Assembly (NCBI GenBank): GCA_964563105.1
Contig: CAZLXM010000008.1
Location: 1-63,864, forward strand
DNA: 63,864 nucleotides
Source: an uncultured Bacteroidaceae bacterium
GTDB lineage: Bacteria > Bacteroidota > Bacteroidia > Bacteroidales > GCA-2748055
Direction of reading: 5' to 3'
The stretch's first letter is position 1; the number at the start of each line of letters is the position of its first letter. Shown piece after piece: positions 1 to 11,192 of this stretch. A program made the translations under genes and the position numbers. The notes under the pieces were generated by a model. The model saw nothing but the letters and a program-made list of their open reading frames with translations. It searched no databases and had not been told where the DNA came from.

Positions 1-417
1 TGGAAGAAATTGTGGGATGAGGCTTTTGCCATTAACCTCGCTTCAAAAGCTAAAGTGAAAACTGACACTTATCGGGGTAAATCCAGGAATTATGCCGCAT
101 ATAACTTAATCGACGGCAACAGGGAAACGTATTGGACAACCGATGATACGGTAAAAACCGGAAGTATTGAAATAAATTTGAGAAAACCGAAAATTATAAA
201 GTATGTACTTATTCAGGAATATATTAAGTTAGGCCAGCGTGTAAAAAATTTCGATGTGGAAATATGGAAAGATAACGTATGGATAAATGTTGCTTCAGGA
301 ACAACCATTGGTTACAAGCGCATATTACCACTCAGTGATACTGAAACTTCAAAAATACGGATCAAAATCAATGATTCAAGGGCATGTCCGATAATTTCAA
401 ATGTTGAAGTATATTAA
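1..417 (+). CDS. 3' end of a probable GH29 alpha-L-fucosidase (C-terminal F5/8-type carbohydrate-binding domain); truncated by the window start
   Basis: Frame is open from base 1. The motifs NLIDGNRETYW, IQEYIKLGQRV and GTTIGYKRIL match the C-terminus typical of Bacteroidota GH29 fucosidases. The catalytic domain is outside the window. Confidence 0.75.
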   Translation, partial: WKKLWDEAFAINLASKAKVKTDTYRGKSRNYAAYNLIDGNRETYWTTDDTVKTGSIEINLRKPKIIKYVLIQEYIKLGQRVKNFDVEIWKDNVWINVASGTTIGYKRILPLSDTETSKIRIKINDSRACPIISNVEVY

Positions 418-446
418 AAAGATAAGGATATTAAGTTAAAAGTTGT

Positions 447-968
447 TCATAACAATTCTCTTACCTCTTCTTTTAAAAATTCAACTGCCTGTTCAACAGG
501 TGAAGATTTGAGTTCCATCATTTTTTCTAATAATTTCTTATTTAATGAAATTCCCGGTGCATCCGGTTTGAACTCTGAAGCGGATTCATTAATCAGCTTT
601 ATTACGTTATTTCTGGCTTTTTGAATATTATCCCATGCCTTAGAGCTCAAATATATTTGTTGTGCGAGATTATGATCATACTCTGTTCTGATTGCACTGA
701 TCAGCTCACTTTGCATTTGTGAAGAAGTACAGTCAGCTCGCACTATCCTCATTACAAGGGATTCGGGAGATATCCTCTCCAGAAATAAAATCATTCTTTC
801 ATATGCCTGTAATCTTAAAGGAAGAGTTGTATCTTTGAAATTATTCAGCATTTCGGCTTTTCTTCTTTTATCTTCATTTTTATTAAGAATAATTAAAGTA
901 AAAACTGAGGCTAAAAGAACCAGAAATGCCGGAATAGTGTATTTAAGAAGTTCAATAATATCACTCAT
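447..968 (-). CDS. Conserved Bacteroidota hypothetical protein with one N-terminal TM helix
   Basis: 173-aa ORF with a hydrophobic N-terminus and the motif LRLQAYERMILFLERI. It has its own TAnnTTTG box at 988-995. Confidence 0.7.
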   Translation of the reverse strand: MSDIIELLKYTIPAFLVLLASVFTLIILNKNEDKRRKAEMLNNFKDTTLPLRLQAYERMILFLERISPESLVMRIVRADCTSSQMQSELISAIRTEYDHNLAQQIYLSSKAWDNIQKARNNVIKLINESASEFKPDAPGISLNKKLLEKMMELKSSPVEQAVEFLKEEVRELL

Positions 969-987
969 ATCGTTTTAATTTATGTCT

Positions 988-995
988 CAAACTTA
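988..995 (-). promoter_or_regulatory. Bacteroidota sigma70 -7 element (TAAGTTTG) for the 447-968 gene
   Basis: Exact TAnnTTTG match 20 nt upstream of the start codon. Confidence 0.6.
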
Positions 996-1027
996 GAAAA
1001 AATATATGTACTTTTTATTGAAAAGTA

Positions 1028-1035
1028 TATTTTTG
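1028..1035 (+). promoter_or_regulatory. -7 element (TATTTTTG) for aspC-mltG
   Basis: Exact TAnnTTTG match about 60 nt upstream of the ATG at 1097. Confidence 0.55.
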
Positions 1036-1096
1036 TATTTCTATATTTAAAATCTGAGCTCAATCTTCATAAAATATAATTTATTTATTCATCAAA

Positions 1097-2290
1097 ATGG
1101 AACATCTTTCAAATAGAATTATATCTCTTTCTTCTTCACAAACAATTGCCATGCACAACAGGGCAAGAGAATTACAAGCCCGGGGTATGGATATTATCAA
1201 TCTCGGTGTGGGGGAACCTGATTTTCCAACACCACAAAATATTAAAGAAGCTGCTAAAAATGCAATTGACAACAATTATTCATTTTATCCGCCTGTTCCG
1301 GGTTATCTGGATTTAAGACAAGCGATTTGCAAAAAATTTAAAACTCAGAATCAGCTCGACTTTACTCCTGAACAGATAGTTGTTACTACAGGCGCCAAAC
1401 ATGCCATTGCAAATACAATCATTTGTCTGGTCAATCCGGGAGAAGAAGTCATTATACCCGCACCTTACTGGGTAAGCTATTCAGAAATGGTAAAAATTGC
1501 TGAAGGAAAAAATGTAATAATTCCCACTACTGCTGAAACTGATTATAAAATAAATGCCCTTCAACTGGAAAAAGCGATAAACAAAAAGACAAGGGCTTTA
1601 TTACTTTGTTCCCCAAATAACCCTACAGGAAGTGTCTATTCTGAAAAAGAACTTAAAGATATTGTTTCCGTGTTACTTCAATACCCTGAAATTTTTGTTA
1701 TTTCCGACGAAATTTATGAGTTGATAAATTTTACAGGGGCTTACAAAAGTATTGGATCCTTTCCGGGAATGGAAGACAGGGTAATAACTGTTAACGGAGT
1801 ATCTAAAGCTTATGCAATGACAGGCTACCGTATTGGATATCTTGGGGCACCTTTATGGCTGGCGAAAGCAGTTAATAAATTACAGGGGCAGATGACTTCA
1901 GGAGCAACAACAATAGCGCAACGTGCTGCGCTTGAGGCGCTTAGCGGTGATCAGAAATGTACTGAAGAAATGAATGAAGCTTACCGCAGACGTAGGGATT
2001 TAGTGATCAGTCATTTATCAAAAATAAAAGGTATCAGCTACACTATACCTGACGGGGCCTTTTATTTATTTCCTGATATGAGCGCCTTTTTTGGCAAATC
2101 ATTTAATGGACAATTAATAAACAATGCAGAAGAACTTTGTATGTACCTGCTTGAAAAAGCAATGATCTCCACTGTACCTGGTGATGCTTTTGGATCGCCG
2201 GATAATATACGTATTTCATACGCAAACTCAGATGAAAATTTAAACCTGGCGATGGAAAGGTTTAAAAAAGCATTGGAAGATCTAAAATAA
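1097..2290 (+). CDS. aspC: Aspartate aminotransferase (class I/II PLP-dependent)
   Basis: Motifs GEPDF, PAPYWVSY, CSPNNPTG, SDEIYE and NGVSKAYAMTGYRIG (PLP lysine). Confidence 0.92.
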   Translation: MEHLSNRIISLSSSQTIAMHNRARELQARGMDIINLGVGEPDFPTPQNIKEAAKNAIDNNYSFYPPVPGYLDLRQAICKKFKTQNQLDFTPEQIVVTTGAKHAIANTIICLVNPGEEVIIPAPYWVSYSEMVKIAEGKNVIIPTTAETDYKINALQLEKAINKKTRALLLCSPNNPTGSVYSEKELKDIVSVLLQYPEIFVISDEIYELINFTGAYKSIGSFPGMEDRVITVNGVSKAYAMTGYRIGYLGAPLWLAKAVNKLQGQMTSGATTIAQRAALEALSGDQKCTEEMNEAYRRRRDLVISHLSKIKGISYTIPDGAFYLFPDMSAFFGKSFNGQLINNAEELCMYLLEKAMISTVPGDAFGSPDNIRISYANSDENLNLAMERFKKALEDLK

Positions 2291-2305
2291 GTATGATTTC
2301 TAAAA

Positions 2306-3373
2306 ATGATTAAAAGAAAAATTTCAAGAAAAACCCCTAAGGTTCTCAGAGCTGCTAAAATGCTGGTGGCTGTAGGCATAATAACATCTCTTGTAATTTT
2401 TATCAAGATTTATACTCGTCTGTTTTCTCCCGTGAACTTGCCAACCGGAGAACAGAGCATGGTTTTTTATATCCCAACCGGAGCTGAATATGAAGATGTT
2501 TTGGACAGGCTGAATGAAATTGGGCTTATTAAAAACAAAGATAATTTTAACTGGCTGGCTAGAAAGAAAAACTATCAAAAAAATATTAAGCCTGGCAGAT
2601 ACAGGATTGATCCCCACATGAATAATAATGAACTTATAAACTTACTCAGATCAGGAAAACAAGAAGCTGTACGTTTTGTTTTCAACTCAATAAGGAATCT
2701 GGATGAGCTGGCAGGTATTGCGGGCCGGCAACTGGAATCCGATTCACTGGTTTTTGCAGAAACAATTAATTTTTCAGGCTTACCGCAAAAATATAATCTG
2801 ACTAAAGAAACATTTCCGGCAATGTTTATTCCCAATACTTACGAAATATATTGGAATACAAGTCCGAAAAGGTTCATTGACAGAATGAATTTTGAATATA
2901 AAGCATTCTGGTCAGAAGAAAGAAAGAAAAAAGCATCACAAATTGGCCTTGATCCGCTTAAAGTGAGTATACTTGCATCAATTGTTGAGTCAGAATCAAT
3001 GCATACAGACGAAAACTCAAGAATCGCCGGAGTATTTATTAACAGGTTAAAAAAAGGAATACCATTACAATCAGATCCGACGATTATTTTTGCCCATCAA
3101 AATTATTCAATCCGTCGAGTTTTAAACAAACACAAGGAGATCAACTCATTATATAATACATATAAATATCCGGGACTCCCTCCCGGGCCAATATGTATCC
3201 CGTCAATAGGAACAATTGATGCTGTATTAAATTATGAAAAGCATAATTATTATTTCTTCTGTGCCAAAGAAGACTTTTCTGGTTACCATAATTTTGCACA
3301 AACACTTGCACAGCATAATAAAAATGCCCGTTTATATCAACAGGCATTAAACAGGGCTAAAATTTTTAATTGA
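2306..3373 (+). CDS. mltG: Endolytic transglycosylase MltG
   Basis: N-terminal TM helix; LASIVESE catalytic Glu motif, LQSDPT, YNTYKYPGLPPGPI and HNFAQTLAQH. Confidence 0.93.
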   Translation: MIKRKISRKTPKVLRAAKMLVAVGIITSLVIFIKIYTRLFSPVNLPTGEQSMVFYIPTGAEYEDVLDRLNEIGLIKNKDNFNWLARKKNYQKNIKPGRYRIDPHMNNNELINLLRSGKQEAVRFVFNSIRNLDELAGIAGRQLESDSLVFAETINFSGLPQKYNLTKETFPAMFIPNTYEIYWNTSPKRFIDRMNFEYKAFWSEERKKKASQIGLDPLKVSILASIVESESMHTDENSRIAGVFINRLKKGIPLQSDPTIIFAHQNYSIRRVLNKHKEINSLYNTYKYPGLPPGPICIPSIGTIDAVLNYEKHNYYFFCAKEDFSGYHNFAQTLAQHNKNARLYQQALNRAKIFN

Positions 3374-3414
3374 TTTCCTGATCATTTGAATTTGAACCGG
3401 TACCTGTTTAAAAT

Positions 3415-4425
3415 TTAGTAAGCATTTACCTCCCTTATAAGTTCAATATCAAATTTTTCTAAAATATTTATCTTAATTTTCTCCGAAAAAAGAAAGATAT
3501 CTTTTCCACTTGCTGTCCCGTAATTAACAATTACAAGAGGTTGGGCAGGCCATGTGCCCGAATCTCCTTCCCTGATACCTTTCCATCCGGCTTTTTCTAT
3601 CAGCCAGGCTGCAGGAACTTTAAGTTCATTATTCCCGGCAGGATACCCGGGAATATCATTATATAATTGCTTTATTTTTTCATATTTTTCTATAGATATT
3701 ACCGGATTTTTAAAAAAACTTCCTGCATTTGCATATTCAGAAATATCAGGCAGCCTTGCCTTTCTTATCTCAATTACTGTTTCTCTTAATGTTTTTAATG
3801 TTTGAACAGGTTTTTTGTTGAATTGATTAGACAGATTACCATAATTAAGATTAAACACAGGATTTTTGTCCAAAAGGAAAACAACTGAAGTAATAATAAA
3901 GCGATCTTTTTTTTCTCTTTTAAAAATACTGTCACGATAAGCAAATTTGCAATCCTCATTCTTTAAAACAAAATATGAAAGGTCCGGCAAAGAATATCCT
4001 TCTACCTGTATTATCCTGTCTTTAACTTCTGCACCGTAAGCTCCTATATTTTGTACCGGAGATGCACCTACAGATCCCGGAATAAAAGACAAATTTTCTA
4101 ATCCTCCGTAACCTTTGTCTACCATTGTCCCAACAAATTTATCCCAGTTTTCACCTGCGAATACTTTTATGGCAATCTGATTATTATGCTCATGTATTAT
4201 TTCCATACCCTTCAGGCAATTATGAATAATCAATCCTTTAAAATTTGTGGTAAATAACACATTACTTCCTTCTCCAAGTACTAGAAAATTAATTTTTCTG
4301 ATTTTTATCTCCTTAAATAACTCTTTTAAATGAGACAGGTCATTAAGCTTGAAATAATAATCAGCACTTGCATCTATTCGAAAAGAGTTAAGATTTTTGA
4401 GCGGATAATTTCTGATCAACATCAT
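3415..4425 (-). CDS. murB: UDP-N-acetylenolpyruvoylglucosamine reductase
   Basis: Motifs LGEGSNVL, GLENLSFIPGSVGASPVQNIGAYG, YRDSIFK, NAGSFFKNP and AAWLIEKAGWKG. Confidence 0.95.
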   Translation of the reverse strand: MMLIRNYPLKNLNSFRIDASADYYFKLNDLSHLKELFKEIKIRKINFLVLGEGSNVLFTTNFKGLIIHNCLKGMEIIHEHNNQIAIKVFAGENWDKFVGTMVDKGYGGLENLSFIPGSVGASPVQNIGAYGAEVKDRIIQVEGYSLPDLSYFVLKNEDCKFAYRDSIFKREKKDRFIITSVVFLLDKNPVFNLNYGNLSNQFNKKPVQTLKTLRETVIEIRKARLPDISEYANAGSFFKNPVISIEKYEKIKQLYNDIPGYPAGNNELKVPAAWLIEKAGWKGIREGDSGTWPAQPLVIVNYGTASGKDIFLFSEKIKINILEKFDIELIREVNAY

Positions 4426-4445
4426 TTATATTGAAATTAAAAATA

Positions 4446-4453
4446 CAAAATTA
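4446..4453 (-). promoter_or_regulatory. -7 element (TAATTTTG) for murB
   Basis: TAnnTTTG match 20 nt upstream of the murB start. Confidence 0.55.
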
Positions 4454-4609
4454 ATAAAATTGAGCTACCCCGTTTAAGCTAAGATAAAATCAGAACGCTT
4501 TAACATTACAGCCTTTGTTTACGGATTAATAAAAAAATTTAGCTAATGATCCCTGAAAATAATACCGGTTTCCAATTAATAATTTAAAATTTAATTAGGG
4601 AATTTATTC

Positions 4610-4617
4610 TATTTTTG
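4610..4617 (+). promoter_or_regulatory. -7 element (TATTTTTG) for the GT4-thioredoxin genes
   Basis: TAnnTTTG match 20 nt upstream of the TTG at 4638. Confidence 0.55.
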
Positions 4618-4637
4618 TTAGATTTAAACCCTTAATT

Positions 4638-5765
4638 TTGAAATCAGTATATGTTTCAGTAATCAATGATCTGTTGACAGATGCCCGGGCTCACAGAACA
4701 TGTCTTACACTCCAGAAATCCGGGGCAAAAATTACCCTTATAGGTTCGAAAAAAAAGAATAGTCCACAAATAAATTTCAGAACTTATAATACAAGAAGGC
4801 TCCATTTACCTGTCTCCAGGGGATTTTTATTTTATGCAATTTATAATTTAAGATTATTTTTTTATTTGATATTGAGAAAAGAAATCAGCCTCCTGGTTTC
4901 CTGTGATCTTGATACTTTACCTGCTAATTATATGGTTTCAATCCTGCGTAATTGTGCTTTAGTATATGACAGTCATGAATATTTTACCGAAGTACCTGAA
5001 CTCCAAAATAAAAAATTCATTAAGCACTTTTGGTTATGCATAGAAAAATTTATTCTGCCTAAACTTAAATTTGCCTATACTGTAAGTGAACCAATAGCTA
5101 AAGAATATTCCGAAAAATATAATGTCAAATTCAGCGTTATCAGGAATCTCCCTTTAAAAATGAAAAAGCAAACTATCTATCCTTTACCTGCCCATATATT
5201 ATCAAAAAAAAAGATCCTGTATCAGGGTGCAGTGAATATAGGAAGGGGATTGGAAGTAATGATGGATGTTATCAAAGAAATTAGCGGAGATGTTGTTTTT
5301 ATCATTGCCGGAGAAGGAGACCTGTATGATCAGCTAAGAAAAAAAGCTGAAAGAGAAGACATTACAAATAAAGTTTTTTTCACTGGCAGAATTCCTCATG
5401 AAGAATTGGCAGGCTTAACTATTCAGGCTGATATGGGAATCTCATTGGAAGAAGATATGGGCAAGAATTACAGATATGCTTTACCAAATAAGTTATTTGA
5501 CTATATTCAGGCAGAAATTCCTGTAATGGTATCAGATCTGCCGGAAATGAAACAAATAGTAGAAAAATACGATATAGGAATTGTAAATAATACATTAGAA
5601 ATAAGTAAAATTAAAACAATTGTAGAAAATATATTGTTTGATAATGAGGCCAGAAAAAAATGGAAAGAAAATTTGTCACAGGCTTCATCTGAACTTATTT
5701 GGGAAAAGGAAGAATTAAAACTAAAAGAAATATTTATAAAAGCAGGCCTTACATTCAGCCATTAA
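4638..5765 (+). CDS. Glycosyltransferase family 4 (GT-B fold); TTG start
   Basis: Motifs SVINDL..D.R, YDSHEYF, YQGAVNIGRG and YALPNKLFDYIQAEIPV. Confidence 0.88.
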   Translation: MKSVYVSVINDLLTDARAHRTCLTLQKSGAKITLIGSKKKNSPQINFRTYNTRRLHLPVSRGFLFYAIYNLRLFFYLILRKEISLLVSCDLDTLPANYMVSILRNCALVYDSHEYFTEVPELQNKKFIKHFWLCIEKFILPKLKFAYTVSEPIAKEYSEKYNVKFSVIRNLPLKMKKQTIYPLPAHILSKKKILYQGAVNIGRGLEVMMDVIKEISGDVVFIIAGEGDLYDQLRKKAEREDITNKVFFTGRIPHEELAGLTIQADMGISLEEDMGKNYRYALPNKLFDYIQAEIPVMVSDLPEMKQIVEKYDIGIVNNTLEISKIKTIVENILFDNEARKKWKENLSQASSELIWEKEELKLKEIFIKAGLTFSH

Positions 5766-5816
5766 TTTAAATATAACCGGATAGTCAATAATCATAGCAC
5801 TCTTACAATAAAAATC

Positions 5817-7040
5817 ATGAAAATAAACCTCAAATTGATAGTCTCTGTTTTGATTTCAATTTTATCATCAAAATATATTCTCAGTCAGAAAATCAGTTTT
5901 GCTGAAATTGGATCCGAAAAAGAGTGGTTAAATATTCTTGCAAAGGCAGAATCACAGAATAAAGCTTTATTTCTTGATATCTACGCGGTTTGGTGCGGAC
6001 CATGCAAAAAGATGGACAGTGAAGTATTTTCTGATCCCACTGTTGCTCAATTTTATAATGATAATTTTATAAATGCAAAAGTTAACGGAGAATCTGATTT
6101 CGGAGCGGTCCTTGCCAGGGAATTCAGCCTTAGGGGATATCCTTCCATGTATTATATTGATTATGATAAGTTTATTTTTACTAAACTTGTTGGGTTCAGA
6201 TCTTCTGAAATTTTTCTGGATTATGGAAAAATGATTGGCAGCATTAAAAACGAATTAAAAAATTATGCTAAATCTTTTGAAGCCGGAACAATAAGTAATC
6301 AGGATATTAAAAATTATATAGATCTTCTGGCAAAAATTGATTATAAGGAGCCGATATCCCGGATAACGGGTACTTTAATTAATTCGATGAATATTAATGA
6401 TATCCTTAATCCTGAAAATAAACATATACTAATTAATTCTACAATAAAATTTGAAAGTGAAATATTCCATACTATATTAGATAAGCATGATACTCTTTCA
6501 GATATATGGGGATTGGAAGATTATACTAAATTTCTTGAAACTGTTTTTGAGGAAGCACTGACGAGAGCTGCCAGAAATGAAGATATCCGGCTCAGGGACC
6601 GCCTTTCAGAAGAATTGATACCTGTTTATTTTCAGTTTGACCCCGAAATGGTAAAATATGGAAAATTTCTTACCCGCAAATTATATCAGGCTTCATCATC
6701 TAATTGGGCTGGTTATATAACAGAAATTGAAAGTTATTTCAACTATGAAATGGAAGGAAATTATGATTTTTTAATTCAGGAAGTCTATCAGATTATTCAA
6801 AATCAGTATTCATCCTCAAAACTTTATGAAGCTGCTGTTAAATGGCTTAGTAAAATCCCTGAAGCCAATCAGACTTTTGAATCTTTATATATGGGTGCCA
6901 TTGTTAATGCATATATTAAAGACTTTAATACTTCGGAAAAATTAATTATTGCCGCAGAAAAAGTTGCAAATCCTGTTCAAAAAGAAGCTATGACAGATCT
7001 TAAAGAATATATTCGAAATCTTCAGATTGAAAAAGAATAA
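5817..7040 (+). CDS. Exported thioredoxin-family protein (signal peptide, WCGPC Trx domain, helical C-terminal region)
   Basis: Signal-peptide-like N-terminus; FLDIYAVWCGPCKKM active site; cis-Pro loop GYPS. Confidence 0.85.
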   Translation: MKINLKLIVSVLISILSSKYILSQKISFAEIGSEKEWLNILAKAESQNKALFLDIYAVWCGPCKKMDSEVFSDPTVAQFYNDNFINAKVNGESDFGAVLAREFSLRGYPSMYYIDYDKFIFTKLVGFRSSEIFLDYGKMIGSIKNELKNYAKSFEAGTISNQDIKNYIDLLAKIDYKEPISRITGTLINSMNINDILNPENKHILINSTIKFESEIFHTILDKHDTLSDIWGLEDYTKFLETVFEEALTRAARNEDIRLRDRLSEELIPVYFQFDPEMVKYGKFLTRKLYQASSSNWAGYITEIESYFNYEMEGNYDFLIQEVYQIIQNQYSSSKLYEAAVKWLSKIPEANQTFESLYMGAIVNAYIKDFNTSEKLIIAAEKVANPVQKEAMTDLKEYIRNLQIEKE

Positions 7041-7107
7041 TTGAAATATTTTTATTTTATATAAAAAACGAAATATTTTCTTTGGCCTGCAAAAAAGTGC
7101 TTAATAT

Positions 7108-8373
7108 TTAAATTCCCAGTAAAGTTTTTAATGGATCAATTCCATTAAAAAGTAATTTTTCGGGATTTTCAATTAGTTCCTTAATTTTTAATAAAAAACT
7201 TACTGAATCTCTGCCGTCTATAATTCTGTGATCATAAGAAAGGGCAAGGTACATCATTGGCCGGATCTCTATTTTTCCATCTATTGCCACAGGTCTTTCA
7301 AGAATTACATGCATTCCCAAAATAGCAGCCTGAGGAGGATTAAGTAAAGGTGTTGACATAAGTGAACCATAAATTCCTCCGTTCGTAATAGTAAAAGTTC
7401 CACCTTTCATTTCTTCTATACTAAGTCGGTTCGCCCTTGCTTTTTCTGCCAAAATAATTATTTCTTTTTCAATCCCGGCCAAATCAAGTTTTTCTGCATT
7501 TCTTATTATCGGTACCATCAGGCCTTTATCTGTCTGTACAGCAATACCAATATCACAAAACATCGGGGTAACAATGTCTTCTCCTTCTATTCTGCTATTT
7601 AGCTGTGGATATAAATTTAACGCCAGAACTGAAGCTCTGGTAAAAAAAGACATAAATCCCAATTTGACACCATGTTTTTTCATAAACTCTTCCTGATGTT
7701 TTTTTCTTATAGAAATTATCCTGCTCATGTCGGCTTCATTAAAAGTGGTAAGCATGGCAGTTTCATTTTTTACCGCAACAAGCCTTTCACCCAGTTTCCT
7801 TCTCAGGGCACTCATCCTCAAACGATTTTCATGACGGGATGCAATTTGTTCCTGCTGAGTCAGATCAATATCAGGTTCCAGATTCCGGGTAAGCTTTTTA
7901 ATGTCATGACTTGTAATTTTTTTTAAACCAGGCTCTATATCTTTTAAGGTTAATCCATGATCTTCCATCATTTTTTTTGCCAAAGGTGTGGCTTTTACGC
8001 TATCAATACGTTCCACAGACTCTATAAATTCCTTTTTATCAGTCTCTTGAATAACTTTTATCCGGACTTCCTCTTCTTTTTGAACAGATTTTATACTTTC
8101 ATCTTTTTTTGATGATGATTCAGGCAAAATAATTGCTTTGGAAGTATCGATAGTACAAACGACAGTTCCAACATGAAGGACTTCACCTGCCTGTTTAAGT
8201 ATTTTTATCTGCCCTGCTTCCTCTGCTATCAAGGCTAAAGTTGCTTTTTCTGATTCAATTTCTGCAATTTCCTGATCCCTCGATACAATATCACCATCCT
8301 GAACATACCATGTTGCTATTTCGATTTCAGATACAGATTCTCCCGGAGAGGGGGCTTTGACTTCTATGATCAT
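7108..8373 (-). CDS. sucB: 2-oxoglutarate dehydrogenase E2 (dihydrolipoyl succinyltransferase)
   Basis: Lipoyl domain [26 protein letters not shown] and catalytic SYDHRIIDG; ATGA-type overlap with the sucA stop. Confidence 0.95.
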   Translation of the reverse strand: MIIEVKAPSPGESVSEIEIATWYVQDGDIVSRDQEIAEIESEKATLALIAEEAGQIKILKQAGEVLHVGTVVCTIDTSKAIILPESSSKKDESIKSVQKEEEVRIKVIQETDKKEFIESVERIDSVKATPLAKKMMEDHGLTLKDIEPGLKKITSHDIKKLTRNLEPDIDLTQQEQIASRHENRLRMSALRRKLGERLVAVKNETAMLTTFNEADMSRIISIRKKHQEEFMKKHGVKLGFMSFFTRASVLALNLYPQLNSRIEGEDIVTPMFCDIGIAVQTDKGLMVPIIRNAEKLDLAGIEKEIIILAEKARANRLSIEEMKGGTFTITNGGIYGSLMSTPLLNPPQAAILGMHVILERPVAIDGKIEIRPMMYLALSYDHRIIDGRDSVSFLLKIKELIENPEKLLFNGIDPLKTLLGI

Positions 8374-11192
8374 AGACTGGGTTTTTTATTATCAAAATAA
8401 AAATGTTGTTTTAATATTTTCTTTCTCGAACTACCGACTACACATTGTAATCCACAATATTTATAATTTAATTCACAAGTGCATTTGCGGAATACTTTTT
8501 CAATAATTTCTTCCTGCTGAACTTCGTGGATTTTCTGAAGGCCAACTGCAGGGCTGCCACTCGGTGCCCGGGTTACAGGAATTATATGATATTTACGCAT
8601 AAAATTCTGAATATAATACCATGCTCCCATATTTTCAGGTTCTTCCTGAATCCATAAGGTTAAAAGATTATTTTTATATTTCCTGATAATCCCGGTTATT
8701 TTTTCTGCAGGAAAAGGATGTAATTGTTCTATTCTGACAAGTGCTATATCTCTGGCATTAAAAAATTGTTTCTGCTGGAGAAGATCATAGTATATTTTAC
8801 CGGAACAAAATACCAGTCTTCGAACCTCTTCGATATCCACATCTATATCATCAATTACATCAGAAAAACAGCCTTTTTCAATATCATCAAGTGATGAGAT
8901 GCATAAGGGATGTCTTAAAAGAGATTTAGGGGTAAAAACAATAAGAGGCACCCTAAAATCTCTTAAAATATGTTGTCTTAAAAGATGGAAAAAGTTAGCA
9001 GGTGTACTTGGATTTACGACTTGCATATTATTATTGGCTGAAAGATTCAGAAAACGTTCAATCCTTGCAGAGGAATGTTCCGGTCCCTGACCCTCGAAAC
9101 CATGTGGTAATAATAATACTAATCCATTCATCACGCCCCATTTTTCTTCTCCTGAACTAATATATTGGTCAATTATTACTTGCGCCACATTGGCAAAATC
9201 GCCGAATTGTGCTTCCCATATGGTGAGCCCTCCGGGGCTTGCAAGTGCATAACCATATTCAAATCCCATAACCCCATATTCTGATAGTAAAGAATTAAAA
9301 ATATAAAAAGGTGCCTGATCCGTACTAATATGTTTAAGGGGTATATACATCCGGTCGGTATCCTCAATCACCAAACCAGCATGCCTGTGGGAAAAAGTAC
9401 CTCTTACACTGTCCTGCCCGGTTAATCTTACAGGATGCCCTTCGGTTAAAAGCGATGCATACGCCAAAAGTTCAGCAATTGCCCAATCAATCTTACCCCT
9501 CTGAACCATTGCTTTTCTTTCTTCCATTAAACGGGTAATTTTTCGAAAAAAATTATTATCTGAAGGTAAAGTATGCATCCTTGATACAAGATCCATAATA
9601 ACATCTTTCCCAATTCCAGACTGATACTGTTTTTGAAAAAAAGAAAAATCAGGATATTTGAAATCTTTCCATTCTTCACGTAAAAATTGAGAAATTTTAA
9701 TTTTTTTCAATTCTTTTGCCTTCTCATACTTAATATCCAGAAAAGCATCGTATTCATCATGTAAACCGGTCAATTCTTCCTGTGAATAAATATTCTCTTC
9801 AATGAGTTTTCTCCCATAAATAACAGCCGGATCAGGATGGGATGCTATGGTTTTATAAAGTAATGGCTGAGTAAATCTTGGTTCATCACCTTCATTATGA
9901 CCATATTTCCGATAGCACAAAATATCAATAAACACATCACTATGAAAAGTTTGCCGGTATTTAACAGCAAGGTTTACAGTATGTATAAAAGCTTCAACAT
10001 CATCGCCATTAACATGAAAAACAGGAGATTGAATAACCTTGGCAATATCGGTACAATAAATACTTGACCTTGCTTCCAGATAATTTGTAGTAAATCCGAC
10101 CTGATTATTAATAACAAAATGAATAGTCCCTCCGGTAAAGTATCCCGGGAGTTGCGACATTTGTATAACTTCATATACGACCCCCTGTGCTGCAATAGCA
10201 GCATCACCATGTATAATAACAGGAATGAGTTTATTTGGGTCACCTTTATAAACATTATCAATTCTTGCCCTTGCAATGCCCTGGATAACCGGGCTGACAG
10301 ATTCAAGATGAGATGGATTAGGAGCCAGGTTTAAAACAACCTTTTTGCCGGAATGAGCCTTTATAGTATTTCCATATCCAAGATGGTATTTTACATCTCC
10401 AAGTGATATTCCGGATTCATACTCATCACCTTCAAACTCTTTAAAAATTTTTTCATGAGGCTTTTGTAAAACATTTACCATAACATTTAATCTGCCCCGG
10501 TGCGACATTCCTATAGTAAATTCACTTACTCCCAATTCAGCACCTGTATCAATTAATGCGTTAAAAGCCGGGATCAGAGTTTCAGCGCCTTCAAGAGAAA
10601 ACCGTTTCTGTCCGACATACCTTTTATGTAAATATTTTTCAAAGCTTACTGCATTTCTGAGATTTTTATAAATTTCCTTTTTTTCTTCGATACTGAAATT
10701 ACTGGTATTTCTATCTTTTTCAATATTCTCCCTGAGCCAGGTTATTTGCTCCTGCCCGCGAATAAACATATATTCAGAACCTATGGAACTGCAATAAGTT
10801 TGAGTCAGATGCTGAATAATATTATCCAGACTTGTTTTTCCTAATCCAATTTCTTTCCCTGCATAAAATTCTTTGCCCAGATCATCTTCTGAAAGCCCAA
10901 AATTATCAATATCAAGTTTTGGAAAATATGATCTTCTTGTCCTGACCGGATTAGTTTTTGTAAAAAGATGGCCTCTTTCACGATATGCATTAATAAGATT
11001 AATAACCTTAAATTCTTTTTGAATCAATTCATCAGAAATTCTCAGGCCATTAAAGTTTTGTAATGCAAAATCAAATCCCTCAAAAAATCTTTGCCACGAA
11101 ACCTCAAGGTTTTCAGGATTTTTATTGAATTGGTCATAAAGCTTCTCAATAGCTCCTATTTCAAGATTCCCAAGAAAAAATTGTTTGTCCAC
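8370..11192 (-). CDS. sucA: 2-oxoglutarate dehydrogenase E1 (GTG start) with a Cys-rich C-terminal tail
   Basis: Motifs [29 protein letters not shown] (ThDP motif), WEAQFGDF and [18 protein letters not shown]. Confidence 0.96.
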   Translation of the reverse strand: MDKQFFLGNLEIGAIEKLYDQFNKNPENLEVSWQRFFEGFDFALQNFNGLRISDELIQKEFKVINLINAYRERGHLFTKTNPVRTRRSYFPKLDIDNFGLSEDDLGKEFYAGKEIGLGKTSLDNIIQHLTQTYCSSIGSEYMFIRGQEQITWLRENIEKDRNTSNFSIEEKKEIYKNLRNAVSFEKYLHKRYVGQKRFSLEGAETLIPAFNALIDTGAELGVSEFTIGMSHRGRLNVMVNVLQKPHEKIFKEFEGDEYESGISLGDVKYHLGYGNTIKAHSGKKVVLNLAPNPSHLESVSPVIQGIARARIDNVYKGDPNKLIPVIIHGDAAIAAQGVVYEVIQMSQLPGYFTGGTIHFVINNQVGFTTNYLEARSSIYCTDIAKVIQSPVFHVNGDDVEAFIHTVNLAVKYRQTFHSDVFIDILCYRKYGHNEGDEPRFTQPLLYKTIASHPDPAVIYGRKLIEENIYSQEELTGLHDEYDAFLDIKYEKAKELKKIKISQFLREEWKDFKYPDFSFFQKQYQSGIGKDVIMDLVSRMHTLPSDNNFFRKITRLMEERKAMVQRGKIDWAIAELLAYASLLTEGHPVRLTGQDSVRGTFSHRHAGLVIEDTDRMYIPLKHISTDQAPFYIFNSLLSEYGVMGFEYGYALASPGGLTIWEAQFGDFANVAQVIIDQYISSGEEKWGVMNGLVLLLPHGFEGQGPEHSSARIERFLNLSANNNMQVVNPSTPANFFHLLRQHILRDFRVPLIVFTPKSLLRHPLCISSLDDIEKGCFSDVIDDIDVDIEEVRRLVFCSGKIYYDLLQQKQFFNARDIALVRIEQLHPFPAEKITGIIRKYKNNLLTLWIQEEPENMGAWYYIQNFMRKYHIIPVTRAPSGSPAVGLQKIHEVQQEEIIEKVFRKCTCELNYKYCGLQCVVGSSRKKILKQHFYFDNKKPSL

